From assembly GCA_965112155.1 (NCBI GenBank), contig OZ218107.1: 64,000 bases of DNA. The stretch is one strand, 5' to 3'. The translations under genes and the position numbers were made by a program. The notes beneath the pieces were generated by a model. The model made no database searches, was not told the origin of the DNA, and saw only the letters and a program-made list of their open reading frames with translations. The DNA is from Podarcis liolepis (Eukaryota). Position 1 is the stretch's first letter, and the number at the start of each line of letters is the position of its first letter. This document shows positions 51,960-61,680 of this stretch, one piece after another.

Positions 51960-54900
51960 TGTCACTTCTAATCCAATACCAGTACGAACTGGAATGAAGA
52001 AATCCACTTAGAAGGGTCTGTAGGATCATAGAATTCTAGAGCTGGAAGTGATGCTAAAGGCCATCTAGTTCCCGGAAAAGCAGGAATCACAGCAAAAATC
52101 TTTGACAGAAGGCCATCCAATCTCTGTTTAAAGGCCTCCAATGAAAGATTCAGTCCACCACCCTCTGAGGTAGTCGTTTCTACTGCCAAGCAGCTTTTAC
52201 CAGCAGAAAGTCTTTCTAATGTTTAGTCTGAATTTCCTTTCTTCTAATTTGAATCCATTGATCTGTGTCCTACCCTCTGGAACAGCAGAAAAACAAGCCT
52301 GCTCTATGTGACAGCCCTTCAGATAATCTGGCTATCACATCACCTCACAATTTTCTCTTCACCAGGCTAAACATGCCCAACTACCTCAACAATACCTCGT
52401 AAGGCTTGGTTTCTTGTTGAAAGCGCAGAGGCCAAAAAGACAACAGAGAAGGTATCTTTCTGATACAATGGAGGGCATTCCGTTGGTTAGACCCAATTAT
52501 GACATCATGAGGAATGGACTTCCTGATAGGATGGTATCTGCAGGGTCCCGCAGAACACAGTAATCACTTGGGTACATACGGGATGAGAATATATTTAAGT
52601 AGCCTGGTCCTAAGCTGTTACACATACATATATACTCCAAAATATTTTATAGCAGCCATATGAACAGCCCTGCAAATGTCAGTGTGAGTATGTAGATTCC
52701 TGGAAAACTATTACACATCCAGTCTGACGGGCATAATTTTCCTATGAACTCAACATGGAGGATCTACAGGACTCTAGAAAGCTTGGTATAGGTATTCCAA
52801 GTCTGCCTACAGTACCTCCCAACTGTGTGTGGCAGGGTTAGACTGGCCAAAGCTTCTCCTGGACACTTTACCAGCAAGTGACATAAAACAGCTCTCTGAG
52901 AACAAACCTCTATTGCATCTCTCAGTAATGTTTGCACTAAGTGAAAAACCAGAGCTGCTGTCATCTATTTAACTAATCAGCAAGTATTGTTAAGTCTAGA
53001 TTCATAAGCTCTGAATGTACTAAATTAGGTTTTATCATCAAGCCAGCTAGTTGCTCTCCTGCCTAACATACGAAGGTTGCAAAACCCTTCCACAGGCAGT
53101 GCTGTGTTTAAATACTCTTTATTCAGACTGGTGCAAAATATCTATTCCTAGGATATTTAAAGAAACCATTAATAAATAATCCACAAAATATCTCTGCTGT
53201 CTTTCATCTTTGCAATTTTTTCATTCTCACCCCTCCTGGACAATTTGCCACTGGGCCAACAGTTTATCTCATGTGCAAGCAAATAAGGTATGCCTCTTTA
53301 AAATTGAGGACTATGTTTAGCAAAAAGTTCTAAGACTTTTAAGGCATATTTCTGGATAAAACACCACGAGGAATGGCAAATACCTGCTCCATCAATTATT
53401 ATTCATCCCAAGGCAGTGCAATTATTTTCAAAGCTACACGTTCCTTTAAAATCCAATAAAGCAATTTTTGCTTTAATGAATTTACCCACTCAGCAGTATC
53501 TAGTGTAGCCAACCATTTTATATTATGGTTTCAGCTTGAAAAATGTTCCCAGGTATAATTGTTCCAAAGTGACTAAAAATATTTAACTGCTTAGGTGCAC
53601 AGTCACAATACCTGCATAATGTTAAACAGAATCACATAATCTAAAGTGGCTATTTAGCCCTTGCATCTATCCAATCTATGTCACAGTGTGCCCCAGATCA
53701 AAGGCAGTTGCTCTCCATAATACTACCATTAGAACCAATATGAGTCATGTTTGCTCTTCTGTGCAAGTTTCAATCACCCAAAGTTATTTAATGATTTCTT
53801 TTTCAAAGAGCTTTATCCTAGAGATAAACTTATCCATTTAGTAGCATTAAATACCAAGAGTATTTACCTACTAGTACAAAGAAGCTTTTGTAAAATTTAT
53901 TGTTAATTTTATGCATCTGAGCCCGCTTACATTATTGTGACAAGATTGTTTATTTATGTACAGCAAGCAGGGGATATGGGAAGTTGCATGTTTTAACAAT
54001 TAGATACAGTTGTGATTAAGGCTGAAACTTCAAAAGGGAACAAACTGCAAGCTTTATTGTAGCAAACATTTGTTATTAAAAGAAACTTGGCTCAAGGGAC
54101 TGAAAACAAGGGTGGTAAGACTGAAAAAACCTCTGTTATGAGAACCTATTGAAGAGGGAGGCTCGTCTTCTGCTCCACAGATCAAAAGGAGCTTAGATGT
54201 GACATAATTTAGATTTACAAAACAGAAAGTGTCAGATAAGAATGAAAGAAAGCTCTTCAAAGAAAGAGGTTAACATACAACAGCGTTCTCTTTGCAGCCA
54301 TAAACAGCAAGTTATGTTCTCTGCTGTGACCTGTGGTTTTTCTTCTTTGACTAGATCATCATGGTCTGACAAGTTGATCTACGATTATACCAAGCTTCTG
54401 GGACTGAAAGATCTTTTCTTGTTTGCTCATTCCTTCCATGTTTGTTCATTCTTGCCCTAGTCCCCATTCTGCTGTTGTTTTTGAGTTTTCAAATATCATC
54501 TTCATATTAATCATCACCACCACTCACCACACTCCCTCATCCATGTCTGAACTCAAAATTAGTTGTCAGATTGACTAGTGGCAATCTGTCTTCCTTCTTG
54601 CATTCAAAGTCCTCCATGGCTTTTCTCCTGCCTCTGCTCTTATATCACAGTACACACCTGCCCATGACCATCTTCAGCCACCCAAAAGTATTTTGTTTCC
54701 ACTATTTTGCTCTTTTTAGACCTCATGCCTAAAACTGCCTTCCAGAACTTCTGTGCGATGCTACTTGTCTTACTTCTTACTTCAAATCCTCAAAATCCAA
54801 CTTTATATTAAGCCTTTGGCACAACCCCTTATACCTCAGCCTCCGGAGAATCATAGAATCATAGAATTGTAGAGTGCAGTGGTACCTCAGTTTAAGAACA

Positions 54901-57900
54901 GCCCTGTTTACGAAATATTCAGTATATGAACTCTGCAAAACCGGAAGTAGTGTCCCGGTTAGCAAACTTTACCTCAGTTTACAAACAGAAGCCTAACAGT
55001 GGAAGGGCACCGGTGGTGGGAGGCCTCATTAGGGAAAGCCCCTCGGTTTAAGAATGGCTTTGGTTTAAGAATGGACTTCCGGAACGGATTAAGTTCATAA
55101 ACTGAGGTACCACTGTATTAGAATTAGCAAGACCCTGGTTAGTGTCGCCATGCCCTCCTGCTTGGAAGTAGGCCTTTAAATTGCAGATTGGTTCACAAGG
55201 GGCCTATGCTCATTCACAATTGGATCCTGGGTGAGGCAGCAGACCTGTAATGTATTACTGAAACCTGGGTGGGCAACACTGGGCAGATTCAATCTGACTC
55301 AGCTGTGCCTACCTGAATATTTGGGTTGAGCACCAACACAGGCTGGAGGGAGACATCTCCACTTCTACCCTGCAGGCTAACTTTGACAGATGAGTAAAGC
55401 TCTCATCATCTCTTACCACAGTCTATTCTGCCCAAAGCATCCAGAGGGCACCAGTTTTGGGGAAAGCTGACCTAAGGAGTATGGTATATTCCCTGATTCC
55501 CAAAATCAAATATATATACGGTCACAACGAGCACATTCACACAAATTATTCACACAATTAAACCCAGAGTAACTTAGTGAATGGTCAAAATCTTGCTGCG
55601 ATATTAAAGGTTTAATTAGAGACAGACTATGGATCTGTTTTCTTCCCAGAGTAATCAGTTGCAGGAAAAAAATGCTTGCACTGCAGGTGCACTGAAGGCT
55701 TTGAGCATCTGAGACTCCCTGCTGTACCACACAGATCGACAATTTCTCCTGCAATAATGAGACGCAAAAAAAAAAAAAATTCTAACTCTTCTAAATCTTC
55801 CCCTCAACTAGGATAATCGAAATTAAAATCTAGCCTCAAAGCAAATAATTTATAACCATTTAAAGGCAAATGTGGGAGTGAAGAAGAAATCAAGGAAACA
55901 AGCAGAGTGTCAGTGCCATTAACAATTTTTGTAGCAGAGAGTCTGCAAAGATTACAATTTAAGGAAGGGGCACCAGTGGCATACCTGTAAGCACCCTCTG
56001 CTTAACAAACCTTTATCTTCACCAACTGTCACCCTAACACGTAAAAATAAAATACCTTAATGGATATCAAATGTGATTTAGCAACATTGTGTTTTTAAAT
56101 ACCAGTGTGTAAAACAATAACAATTAACTAGCACTCAGTTTTTCAATGAAATAAAACAAGTATCTTTTTGTTACTCCATGGCCACAGATGAACCGCACCT
56201 AGTCTGGCCAGAAAATGACACCTTGCCTCTAATTTCTAAATAGCTTCCAAGGGACTGAGGTTAGAGACAGAATGATGTCAGTTTGCTTCTTTGGAGCACA
56301 CCACCCAAATTTTTAAATGGAAAGCCTGCCCCTGCTTTCAGTTACATTCATTATGTTGTGGCTGCTTAACTATCTAATCTCTACTTCACACTTTTTTTAT
56401 CATAATCACTTTTAGTAACAATTCAAAGGCCTCCAATATTGCTATCCAGCTGGGTTATTAAAGCACACTAGCTATTGTTTTGGCCATGAACTGACCCCAC
56501 TTTTTCCCAATTTATAGAAACCAAGTGTCATTCCATTCCCATCCCATGTCCCTCTAGGCCCTTCAGGTTCACAACCCTATCAGGCACTCCCACTAAATCT
56601 CCCTGAGTTAGACTCTGGCTGCTGCACCATAAACCACTGTATCCTCTTTCTGTGACAGTGATGACTGGGAGAGTAAAGGTAAAGGTAAAGGTACCCCTGA
56701 CCTTAGGTCCAGTCGCAGATGACTCTGGGGTTGCGCCGCTCATCTCGCTCTATAGGTCGAGGGAGCTGATGTTTTGTCCGCAGACAGCTTCCAGGTCATG
56801 TGGCCAGCATGACTAAGCCGCTTCTGGCGAACCAGAGCAGCGCACGGAAACACTGTTTACCTTCCTGCCAGAGTGGTACCTATTTATGAACTTGAACTTG
56901 ACGTGCTTTCAAATTGCTAGGTGGGAAGGACCTGGGACCAACAACTGGAGCTCACTCCGTCGTGAGGATTTGAACAGCCGACCTTCTGATTGTGTGATTT
57001 AGACCACAGTGCCACCCGCATCTGGGAGGGTAACAGTAGACAAACAGAGCATCTCAAGAACACTGGGACTGTTCTTCGGGGGGGGAGCACTCCTTTCATG
57101 CACCCTCCTACCCCACCCCAAAATAATTTAAAGGAGGTCTGAATAATAACCTGTCTCTGGCTGCCTTTACAAAATACATAAACATACACAAAACATAAAA
57201 TTGATCAGTGCATGGAATTTTTTTGCAGGAAAAGATAAATGATACTGCCACTCCAGTCTATCAGTTAAAAGTTCAGAAGCTTGTTACTAAACTATCAGTG
57301 AAATCTGGACATTTTATTGTTAAACTGTTATGTTGACTGTGGTTTGGCTGAGAAAACACAGCAGATTAGCCTGAACTGAGCCCAAGACAACTGCCAAATC
57401 CTCTATCCAGTAGCAGATGGTGCAAGAACTTTAGGAAGCCTTAAAAACAGGAACAGTAAACATTTTTTAATCTGGAGGCTACAGTTCCCATTTTAAAAAC
57501 CAGCCAGTGGGCTGCACCACACATGCACTCGCTGTGCGTCATGCACATATGGTGGAATAAAAAATAAATCAGAAAGTGAAAATACATGCAAGAGCCACTT
57601 TAAACTCTTTCCTGCTAAAAATGCCACTTTAAACTCTGGCAATCATATGATACACAAGAAAAAAACAGTGTCAGTACTAGGTGCCACACATTTTTAGCAA
57701 GGAGGTGCTCCATCTTCATTTCCTACTGTCCCATGCAATTATAGTCCCATGCATTTATACTTAATGATAAAAAAATCAAAGTAGTTACAGTTGATGAACC
57801 GTAATTTTTCCAACTGTTTTGATTGTTTGGCAGTTTTTGTTGTGTTTCAGGCACCAAGCCATAGGGATCCCCTGTCCTGTTGCTGCTGGTGCAAGGGATC

Positions 57901-58287
57901 TTGTTGGAGCATTGCTTTTCTCCCACATAGGCTAGGGCATTTCAGGAATAACTGTATTCTGTCCACAGCTTCTGATTCACAATTCTATCTTGATTTCTCT
58001 TTATCATTACTTATGTCTGTCTAACCTGTTAGGTACGGATTCACAGATTTCCATATAAAAATGTTACGCCTCGCACAGGGGAATGTCAACAGCCTTTCAA
58101 AGGTCTCTGTAATAATTTGCTGTTTGTTTGGGTGTGTGTTTTTTTAGACAATAAAGGGAGGTATTACCTGTCTGCATCCACCGTCACATCATGAACCCCT
58201 CTTTGAATAACATCTCGGGAGGCTGCTATGTCTGGAATTCGGTTCAAGCTTCTTGTATACAGGTTGAGTCCTCCATCTGTCATGTAA
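7828..58287 (-). CDS. NAV3: Neuron navigator 3 (NAV3/unc-53 homolog), partial multi-exon CDS: join(complement 58168-58287, 34083-34221, 31146-31422, 28766-29474, 25553-26041, 19335-19376, 17553-17710, 16032-16220, 13236-13288, 9336-9359, 7828-7905); gene extends beyond both window ends
   Basis: Eleven AG/GT-bounded exons with matching phases splice into one open frame. The peptide (YMTDGGLNLYTRSLNR...WDDSSSVSSGLSDTLDN...GKTDDAKASEKGK...QLDRNTLPKKGLRYTPSSRQ...VHGSSLSLVSSTSSLYSTAEEKAHSEQIHKLRRELVASQEKV) follows recalled vertebrate NAV3 in order and differs from NAV1/NAV2 at diagnostic residues. Confidence 0.96.
8310..8425. mobile_element. Partial Tc1/mariner-type MITE (one end)
   Basis: TA-CAGTGGATGCTCGGGTTGCG terminus related to the CAGTGGTACCTC MITEs; internal gggttgcga / tcgcaaccc repeats; second TIR not found. 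Confidence 0.55.
8883..8926. repeat. (AT)n microsatellite
   Basis: Direct reading. Confidence 0.95.
9336..9359 (-). CDS. NAV3: NAV3 24-nt microexon (phase 0-0): AEEKAHSE
   Basis: ctctctcccatag acceptor, GAG|gtaaaa donor; fills the gap between the LYST and QIHKL exons exactly. Confidence 0.92.
11131..11349. mobile_element. Tc1/mariner (Tigger-like) MITE, 219 bp
   Basis: TIR cagtggtacctc / gaggtaccactg, TA on both sides; CpG-rich palindromic interior. Confidence 0.88.
13236..13288 (-). CDS. NAV3: NAV3 coding exon (53 nt, phase 1-0): VHGSSLSLVSSTSSLYST
   Basis: ttctcttttcag acceptor, ACA|gtaagt donor. Confidence 0.93.
13672..13711. repeat. (TG)n microsatellite
   Basis: Direct reading. Confidence 0.95.
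16032..16220 (-). CDS. NAV3: NAV3 coding exon (189 nt, phase 1-1): VSPTNLSQFKLPGPSMMRSNSIPAQDSSFDLYDD...SHSGSFRDSMEE
   Basis: tttatttcag acceptor, AAG|gtaagg donor; within ORF 15985-16248. Confidence 0.95.
16558..16597. repeat. (CA)n microsatellite; (UG)n on the NAV3 pre-mRNA
   Basis: Direct reading. Confidence 0.95.
17553..17710 (-). CDS. NAV3: NAV3 coding exon (158 nt, phase 2-1): YTPSSRQASQEEGKEWLRSHSTGGLQDTGSQSPLVSPTAMSSSATGKYFSNL
   Basis: gtctttcag acceptor, TAG|gtaaga donor; within ORF 17515-17778. Confidence 0.95.
19335..19376 (-). CDS. NAV3: NAV3 short exon (42 nt, phase 2-2): SMQLDRNTLPKKGLR
   Basis: tttgttttaacag acceptor, AAG|gtatac donor; peptide is the NAV2/NAV3 LDRNTLPKKGLR motif. 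Confidence 0.92.
19776..19818. repeat. (TTA)n microsatellite
   Basis: Direct reading. Confidence 0.95.
22530..22598. repeat. Near-perfect inverted repeat (29-bp arms, 11-nt spacer)
   Basis: caatgacagcatcaatccagagaaagcta / tagctttctctggattgatgttgtcgttg; 2 mismatches. Confidence 0.92.
22821..23152. mobile_element. Young hAT MITE (332 bp)
   Basis: Perfect 16-bp TIR caggggtctgcaacct / aggttgcagacccctg; perfect 8-bp TSD gtttaggg (22813-22820, 23153-23160); CpG-rich. Confidence 0.92.
24220..24507 (+). mobile_element. L2-type LINE 3' end with internal deletion
   Basis: ctctcctggtatgccc...ccttaaggtc; terminal ttagctgccctga...ggcgtataaataaa followed by (AAAT)n. Confidence 0.6.
25553..26041 (-). CDS. 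NAV3: NAV3 coding exon (489 nt, phase 2-2): LFGAKASGKTAPAPNTEG...LLMRTGSVRSTLSE
   Basis: Within ORF 25549-26127; ttttcctgtag acceptor, AAG|gtgagt donor. Confidence 0.96.
26809..26827 (+). promoter_or_regulatory. Candidate CTCF-binding site
   Basis: tagCCACAAGAGGGCAGCA closely fits the CTCF core consensus CCACYAGRKGGCRSYA; motif match only. Confidence 0.45.
27031..27142. mobile_element. Old palindromic MITE
   Basis: Termini gggttgtattca / tgactacaaccc, with internal tttactcag / ctgagtaaa symmetry. Confidence 0.55.
28086..28325. mobile_element. Tc1/mariner (Tigger-like) MITE, 240 bp
   Basis: TA-cagtggtacctcgggtta ... taacccgaggtaccacag-TA; internal gcttcaggtta repeats. Confidence 0.88.
28363..28524 (-). 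mobile_element. tRNA-derived squamate SINE (Squam3-like), degenerate
   Basis: Minus strand gggaagtgccatagctcagtggtagaacatctgc...ggttcaatc (boxes A/B) ... cagtataaggcaacttt. Confidence 0.7.
28766..29474 (-). CDS. NAV3: NAV3 coding exon (709 nt, phase 1-2): GKTDDAKASEKGK...QYRSLPRPSKSSTSGIPGR...KYPDIASPTFR
   Basis: Within ORF 28762-29541; ttctgttag acceptor, AAG|gtaagg donor. Confidence 0.96.
30021..30210 (-). mobile_element. Sauria SINE 3' half (5'-truncated)
   Basis: (ACCTTT)n tail on minus; body similar to copies at 32748 and 56677. Confidence 0.82.
31146..31422 (-). CDS. NAV3: NAV3 coding exon (277 nt, phase 0-1): LKTDSEKRSVTDGEPWGSSEELKKPEEDFD...SQTGSWRRGMTAQVGAAPSRHKTGTSTLKTP
   Basis: ttcctcatag acceptor, CTG|gtagga donor; translated by hand on the minus strand. 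Confidence 0.93.
31805..31940. mobile_element. hAT-type palindromic MITE (136 bp)
   Basis: Same family as 2766-2901; perfect TSD gattagaa (31797-31804, 31941-31948). Confidence 0.9.
32748..33103 (-). mobile_element. Sauria SINE, essentially full length
   Basis: tRNA-like head gggacacatgtggcgctgtggg...ggtttgaattccc on minus, (ACCTTT)n tail; imperfect TSD tcactaacaatag / tcacttacaatag. Confidence 0.88.
34083..34221 (-). CDS. NAV3: NAV3 coding exon (139 nt, phase 2-0): WDDSSSVSSGLSDTLDNISTDDLNTTSSVSSYSNITASSRKNAHTH
   Basis: cctgcctgcag acceptor, CAT|gtaggt donor; overlaps ORF 34053-34274. Confidence 0.92.
38660..38696. repeat. (CA)n microsatellite
   Basis: Direct reading. Confidence 0.95.
39318..39733. 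mobile_element. Tc1/mariner-type non-autonomous DNA transposon (~416 bp)
   Basis: TA-cagtggtacctcgcaagacgaa ... ttcgtcttgcggggcaccactg-TA; multiple cgcaagacgaa subterminal repeats. Confidence 0.87.
43143..43277. mobile_element. hAT-type palindromic MITE (135 bp), sister subfamily
   Basis: TIR caggcataggcaa / ttgcctatgcctg; perfect TSD ttgtaaat (43135-43142, 43278-43285). Confidence 0.9.
43861..44031 (+). mobile_element. tRNA-derived squamate SINE (Squam3-like)
   Basis: cagtggtagagcatctgctttgcatg...gaaatcctggagag...gtataaggcagcttcc; homologous to the copy at 28363. Confidence 0.72.
44309..44663. mobile_element. pogo/Tc2-like non-autonomous DNA transposon remnant
   Basis: Right end gtcttatacacagaaaagcacgg-TA with internal tataagacg; degenerate left end TA-ccatactgttcc. 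Confidence 0.55.
48998..49351. mobile_element. Tc1/mariner-type non-autonomous DNA transposon (354 bp), related to 39318-39733 and oppositely oriented
   Basis: TA-cagtggtgcctcgcaagacgaa ... gtcttgcggggcaccactg; terminal ~60 nt at each end are reverse complements of the 39318 element ends. Confidence 0.87.
50268..50490 (+). mobile_element. tRNA-derived MIR-like/L2-tailed SINE, degenerate
   Basis: gtgtagcaaagtggctagagt (box A-like), ggttcaaatcccc (box B), core ctgggtgaccttgggccagt, L2-like tail. Confidence 0.68.
50750..51115 (-). mobile_element. Degenerate L2-type LINE RT fragment
   Basis: Minus strand gatgccacagggttcc (PQGS motif) and degraded upstream RT-like segments. Confidence 0.45.
51919..51956. 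repeat. (CA)n microsatellite
   Basis: Direct reading. Confidence 0.95.
52026..52413 (-). mobile_element. CR1 LINE 3' fragment
   Basis: atcatagaattctagagctggaag (reverse of the CR1 tail); body homologous to the CR1 3' part at 3500-3890. Confidence 0.85.
54848..54875 (-). mobile_element. CR1 3' tail remnant abutting a MITE
   Basis: gaatcatagaatcatagaattgtagagt is the reverse of the (ATTCTATG)n tail. Confidence 0.65.
54877..55115. mobile_element. Tc1/mariner (Tigger-like) MITE, 239 bp
   Basis: cagtggtacctcagttta ... taaactgaggtaccactg-TA; right third similar to the 28086 element. Confidence 0.85.
56677..57021 (-). mobile_element. Sauria SINE, near full length
   Basis: (ACCTTT)n tail; imperfect TSD ctgggagagtaa / ctgggagggtaa; body like the 32748 copy. 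Confidence 0.88.
58168..58287 (-). CDS. NAV3: NAV3 coding exon (120 nt, phase 2-2): YMTDGGLNLYTRSLNRIPDIAASRDVIQRGVHDVTVDADS
   Basis: ttttattttcag acceptor, CAG|gtaata donor; peptide matches NAV3; not in ORF track. Confidence 0.93.
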
Positions 58288-58530
58288 CTGAAAATAAAAA
58301 TATATAATTTTAATCATGAGAAAATGCCACCAGCTGGTGCTACCTATTTATATATAGCACTGTCAATGCAGCGCTGTGGCAGAGTGAAAGAAAGAGATGA
58401 AGTTTCTGATCTGCAGAATTTAAAGGTTTTTACCAATTTCATCAAGGTGAACCTTACTAAGAACCAAACGAGATGTGAATTGGTAGCTCTGTGTACAGGA
58501 CATCTCATGATAACAGCAGTCAGCACAAAA

Positions 58531-58742
58531 GGGAAGAGCTATAACTCAGTAGTACAGCACATGCATTGTTTACAGAAAGCTCCAAGGTCTAAATCCTGGC
58601 AAAAGGATCAGGCAGAAAGATTCTTTTCTGTCCAATGCCCTCAAGTGCCACTGCTTGTTAGAGTAGATAACACTGGCATAGTTGGACAACCATTCTGGCC
58701 TAGCAGCTTCTCCCTTCCAGAATACTTATTTATGCTTCCCAG
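58531..58742 (+). mobile_element. Old tRNA-derived SINE (Squam3-like)
   Basis: gggaagagctataactcagtagtacagcacatgc head; agagtagataacactg body. Confidence 0.55.
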
Positions 58743-59700
58743 CAGTTAAGTGGGTGCTTAACCATCTCCCACTGTATTGATTTTCTTATTAAAGGCACAC
58801 CTCCACAGCTGCTATTTGTTCCATGACAAAAACCATACGGGTACATGTATCATACATGGTGAAACCTCCTACACCATCACTGTTGTCCATATTTGAAGTG
58901 CCCCCTTCCAAAGCTGTCATGCCTAGTTTGCCCCTACGTCAGGAGAACAACTGCTTGAATTTTGCTGTAGCAAGGGAAGGAAGGAAGGACTGAGGAGGAG
59001 TTCCTACCTTGCAGATAAGGAATAGAGTAACACAGAGAACGGTAAACTGGTGTTACAGTAAACATACCCAAAAGTATCTATAAACATCGAACTGCAGATC
59101 TCTACAAAGGAAGCAGCCATACAGAACCACCGTAACTAGGAATGGATTGAGCTGTTCACTTGTCAGGTGGTACAGTCCTCTCACATGGAAAAGCACTTGA
59201 CAGGAGACGCTTCCATGTGAAATGCGCTTGTCAAAATTTGCCGCCTCAGGCTTGAAAACTCTCCTTCCATCTAAGTCAGTTTTGCTGGGGATGCAGTTAT
59301 TCGACAGAAATGCTACAATATGACCAATTCCTATGTGAAAGCTGAGTTGGCCAACTCTGTGAGAATCTCAGTGAAGCAAATGAATGATGAAAGGGGGATG
59401 GGGTGGAATATACCCTTGAGTATACCCAGGACTCATACACTTAGTCCTGGTAAAGACAGATATCAGAAAAGTGAAAGTGGAGGACCATAAATGGTGCCTT
59501 AATCTTTCTTTTATTATGATATATATACACACAGCTGCCAACAACCAAAAGAAGGACTGACACACTAACTATACTGGCGCACACCTCTTGGACTAATTAA
59601 GGCCTATTCTTTATAGGATACAGGCAGGAGAAGGACTTCAGTGATAAGACCATATGTTCACCATCTCAGGTTCAATCCATTATAAGTTCAGAAAAGGTTG

Positions 59701-59813
59701 TCATAGAATCAGAGCTGGAAGGGACCACAAAGGAATCATTTTGCCCAGCACAGGCATCGAACCCACGACCATGAGATTAAGAGTCTCATACTCTACCAAC
59801 TGAGCTATCCCGC
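59701..59813 (-). mobile_element. tRNA-Lys(CTT)-derived SINE with CR1-type 3' tail
   Basis: Minus strand gggatagctcagttggtagagtatgagactcttaatctcatggtcgtgggttcgatgcc...gggc, followed by ggtcccttccagctctgattctatga. Confidence 0.78.
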
Positions 59814-61399
59814 AGGAGGCCAAGGACTCTTGTCCAAAATCCATGGAAAGGTGCTCTCTGTGGGTTTAAATTCTTTCCCATGTATTTGGTCCACCTGCAT
59901 TTACAGTATATACTGGCAGACCAGTGACAAATGGCATGGATGGGTTTGCTGCTTACTAAATTTTTGACAGTATTTAAAGGCGACATGGTGCACACGTAAC
60001 ACTTTCATGGGGAGGCGGCTTTATCTATGGCCCGCATCCTATGCATATCTAGCCTCAATCACAAAACGAAGAGTCATGAAAGCACCGCATTCACCTAGAC
60101 AGGCCAGCCTCATGCACCAGATAGAGATGACCTGCTTGAGAAACTGATGCGAGCTTGGTGACCACAGAATGATTACAATAATGGGAAGCTTACCTTGCTA
60201 TTATTTTTATATCATCTTATTTTGGTATGTATTGTTATCTGAATTGCTTCTTAGGGGGAATTTCTTTATTAGTCATTTTCAGAAAATCTTGTGAATAAAA
60301 TGGGGGCCAGTTTCCACACCAACCTATGGTATTTGAACTCCAAAGTCATATCTGTAGGCACTGGAACCACTTATGGATGTGATCTTGCACTCAGAAATGC
60401 AAACAAGAATGTTGCTTTCCAATGGATACAAGATGGTGTATATTGTATGATGCCTTCTGCCAGGGAGGGGAGGGAATGGGACTCGATTGCAGCCTTCATT
60501 CCTATAGAACTACAAAGGTAGGAAAATGGAGGAGAAGACTTCAAGACTCAAGACTTCAATGCATTTTGATTCTTACATGGTAATGCATTAGTGAAGAGGC
60601 TGAACCTCACAAGAAATAGGCCCCTCTTCCATTAATTCCTAATTACTGCTGGATTCTCATCCCCAAGTGTTTAAAGTAATTAAAGTGGGAATGAAAGAGG
60701 AAAGAGATAAGACTTGACATGCCTGAATGAAGCATGAATTTTCAGTGCTTATTATTCATTTTTTGCTCTTTATTCTAACGCAGAAATGGTACTTAAAAAA
60801 TATTCTGGCCAAGAGCGCTGCTGCTTGCTACTATCTACCAAGTCATTCTCATTACGGATGTCAAAAGAGACAACTTAATTTATTCTCTAAGGTGATAAAC
60901 TAATTAATACATATTTAGTCAAGCAGTACAAAAACTGTTAATCGGTATATGTCACAAGCAAAATATCCAAGAAAAAATTAGCTGAGATAGAAAGTCTCAC
61001 ACTGCTTTGAATGCTTTCACATGAGTCATTAAGTTGCATAGATGCACAAAGGTTCTTATACTAGATAGTGGCTGGATTTCAGGTGAGTGCAGTCTGCTTT
61101 TTTCTCATTTTTGAACCAGACTTCCAGGGTCCATCAGTCAGGACCAACCAGAAAATGTAAAAACAATGCTGGAGTATGACACTTGAAGAAACTTTCAGAG
61201 CTCAATTCTATGCATGCTTACATAGAAATCAGTGGCACCAAATCCCATGGAACTCTCAAATCAATGAGCAATCAGACATACAGCTCTATCCCAAGCAGAT
61301 TTACTTGGAAATAAACACCACTTCTTTGAATGGGTCACACTTTGTCTTAGGAACACAGGCTTGGTTTTAGACATGGAGACTGAAATTCTCTAATTCTGA

Positions 61400-61680
61400 T
61401 TTCAGTCTTTCATACTTTGAAAGGCAGACAAACACTCAACAACCTGACCATGGTATTCAACGCCAGCTGCAGCATCCTAATCAGACCCAAGGGAAGTCCC
61501 ATATAGAGCACATTATAGTAGTCCAGCTGTGAGGACACCAACACATGAACTGCAGTGGTCAAGCTATTCTTGTCCAGGAAAGGGTGTAGTTGGCATACCA
61601 ACCTAAGATAATGGGCAGTCCTTCGCACAGAGTTTTCCAGGGTCTGTAATAGGAAGGATGGACCTAGGGGCACCTCAAAA
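61400..61680 (-). mobile_element. L2 LINE ORF2 C-terminal fragment
   Basis: ORF 61410-61847: HYLRLVCQLHPFL..LTTAVHVLVSSQLDYYNVLYMGLP..LQL, the typical L2 post-RT motif (SRLDYCN). Confidence 0.8.

Noticed and set aside
59743-59813. Functional tRNA-Lys gene
   Set aside because: Acceptor stem does not pair and the sequence runs into a CR1-type tail; better explained as a SINE.
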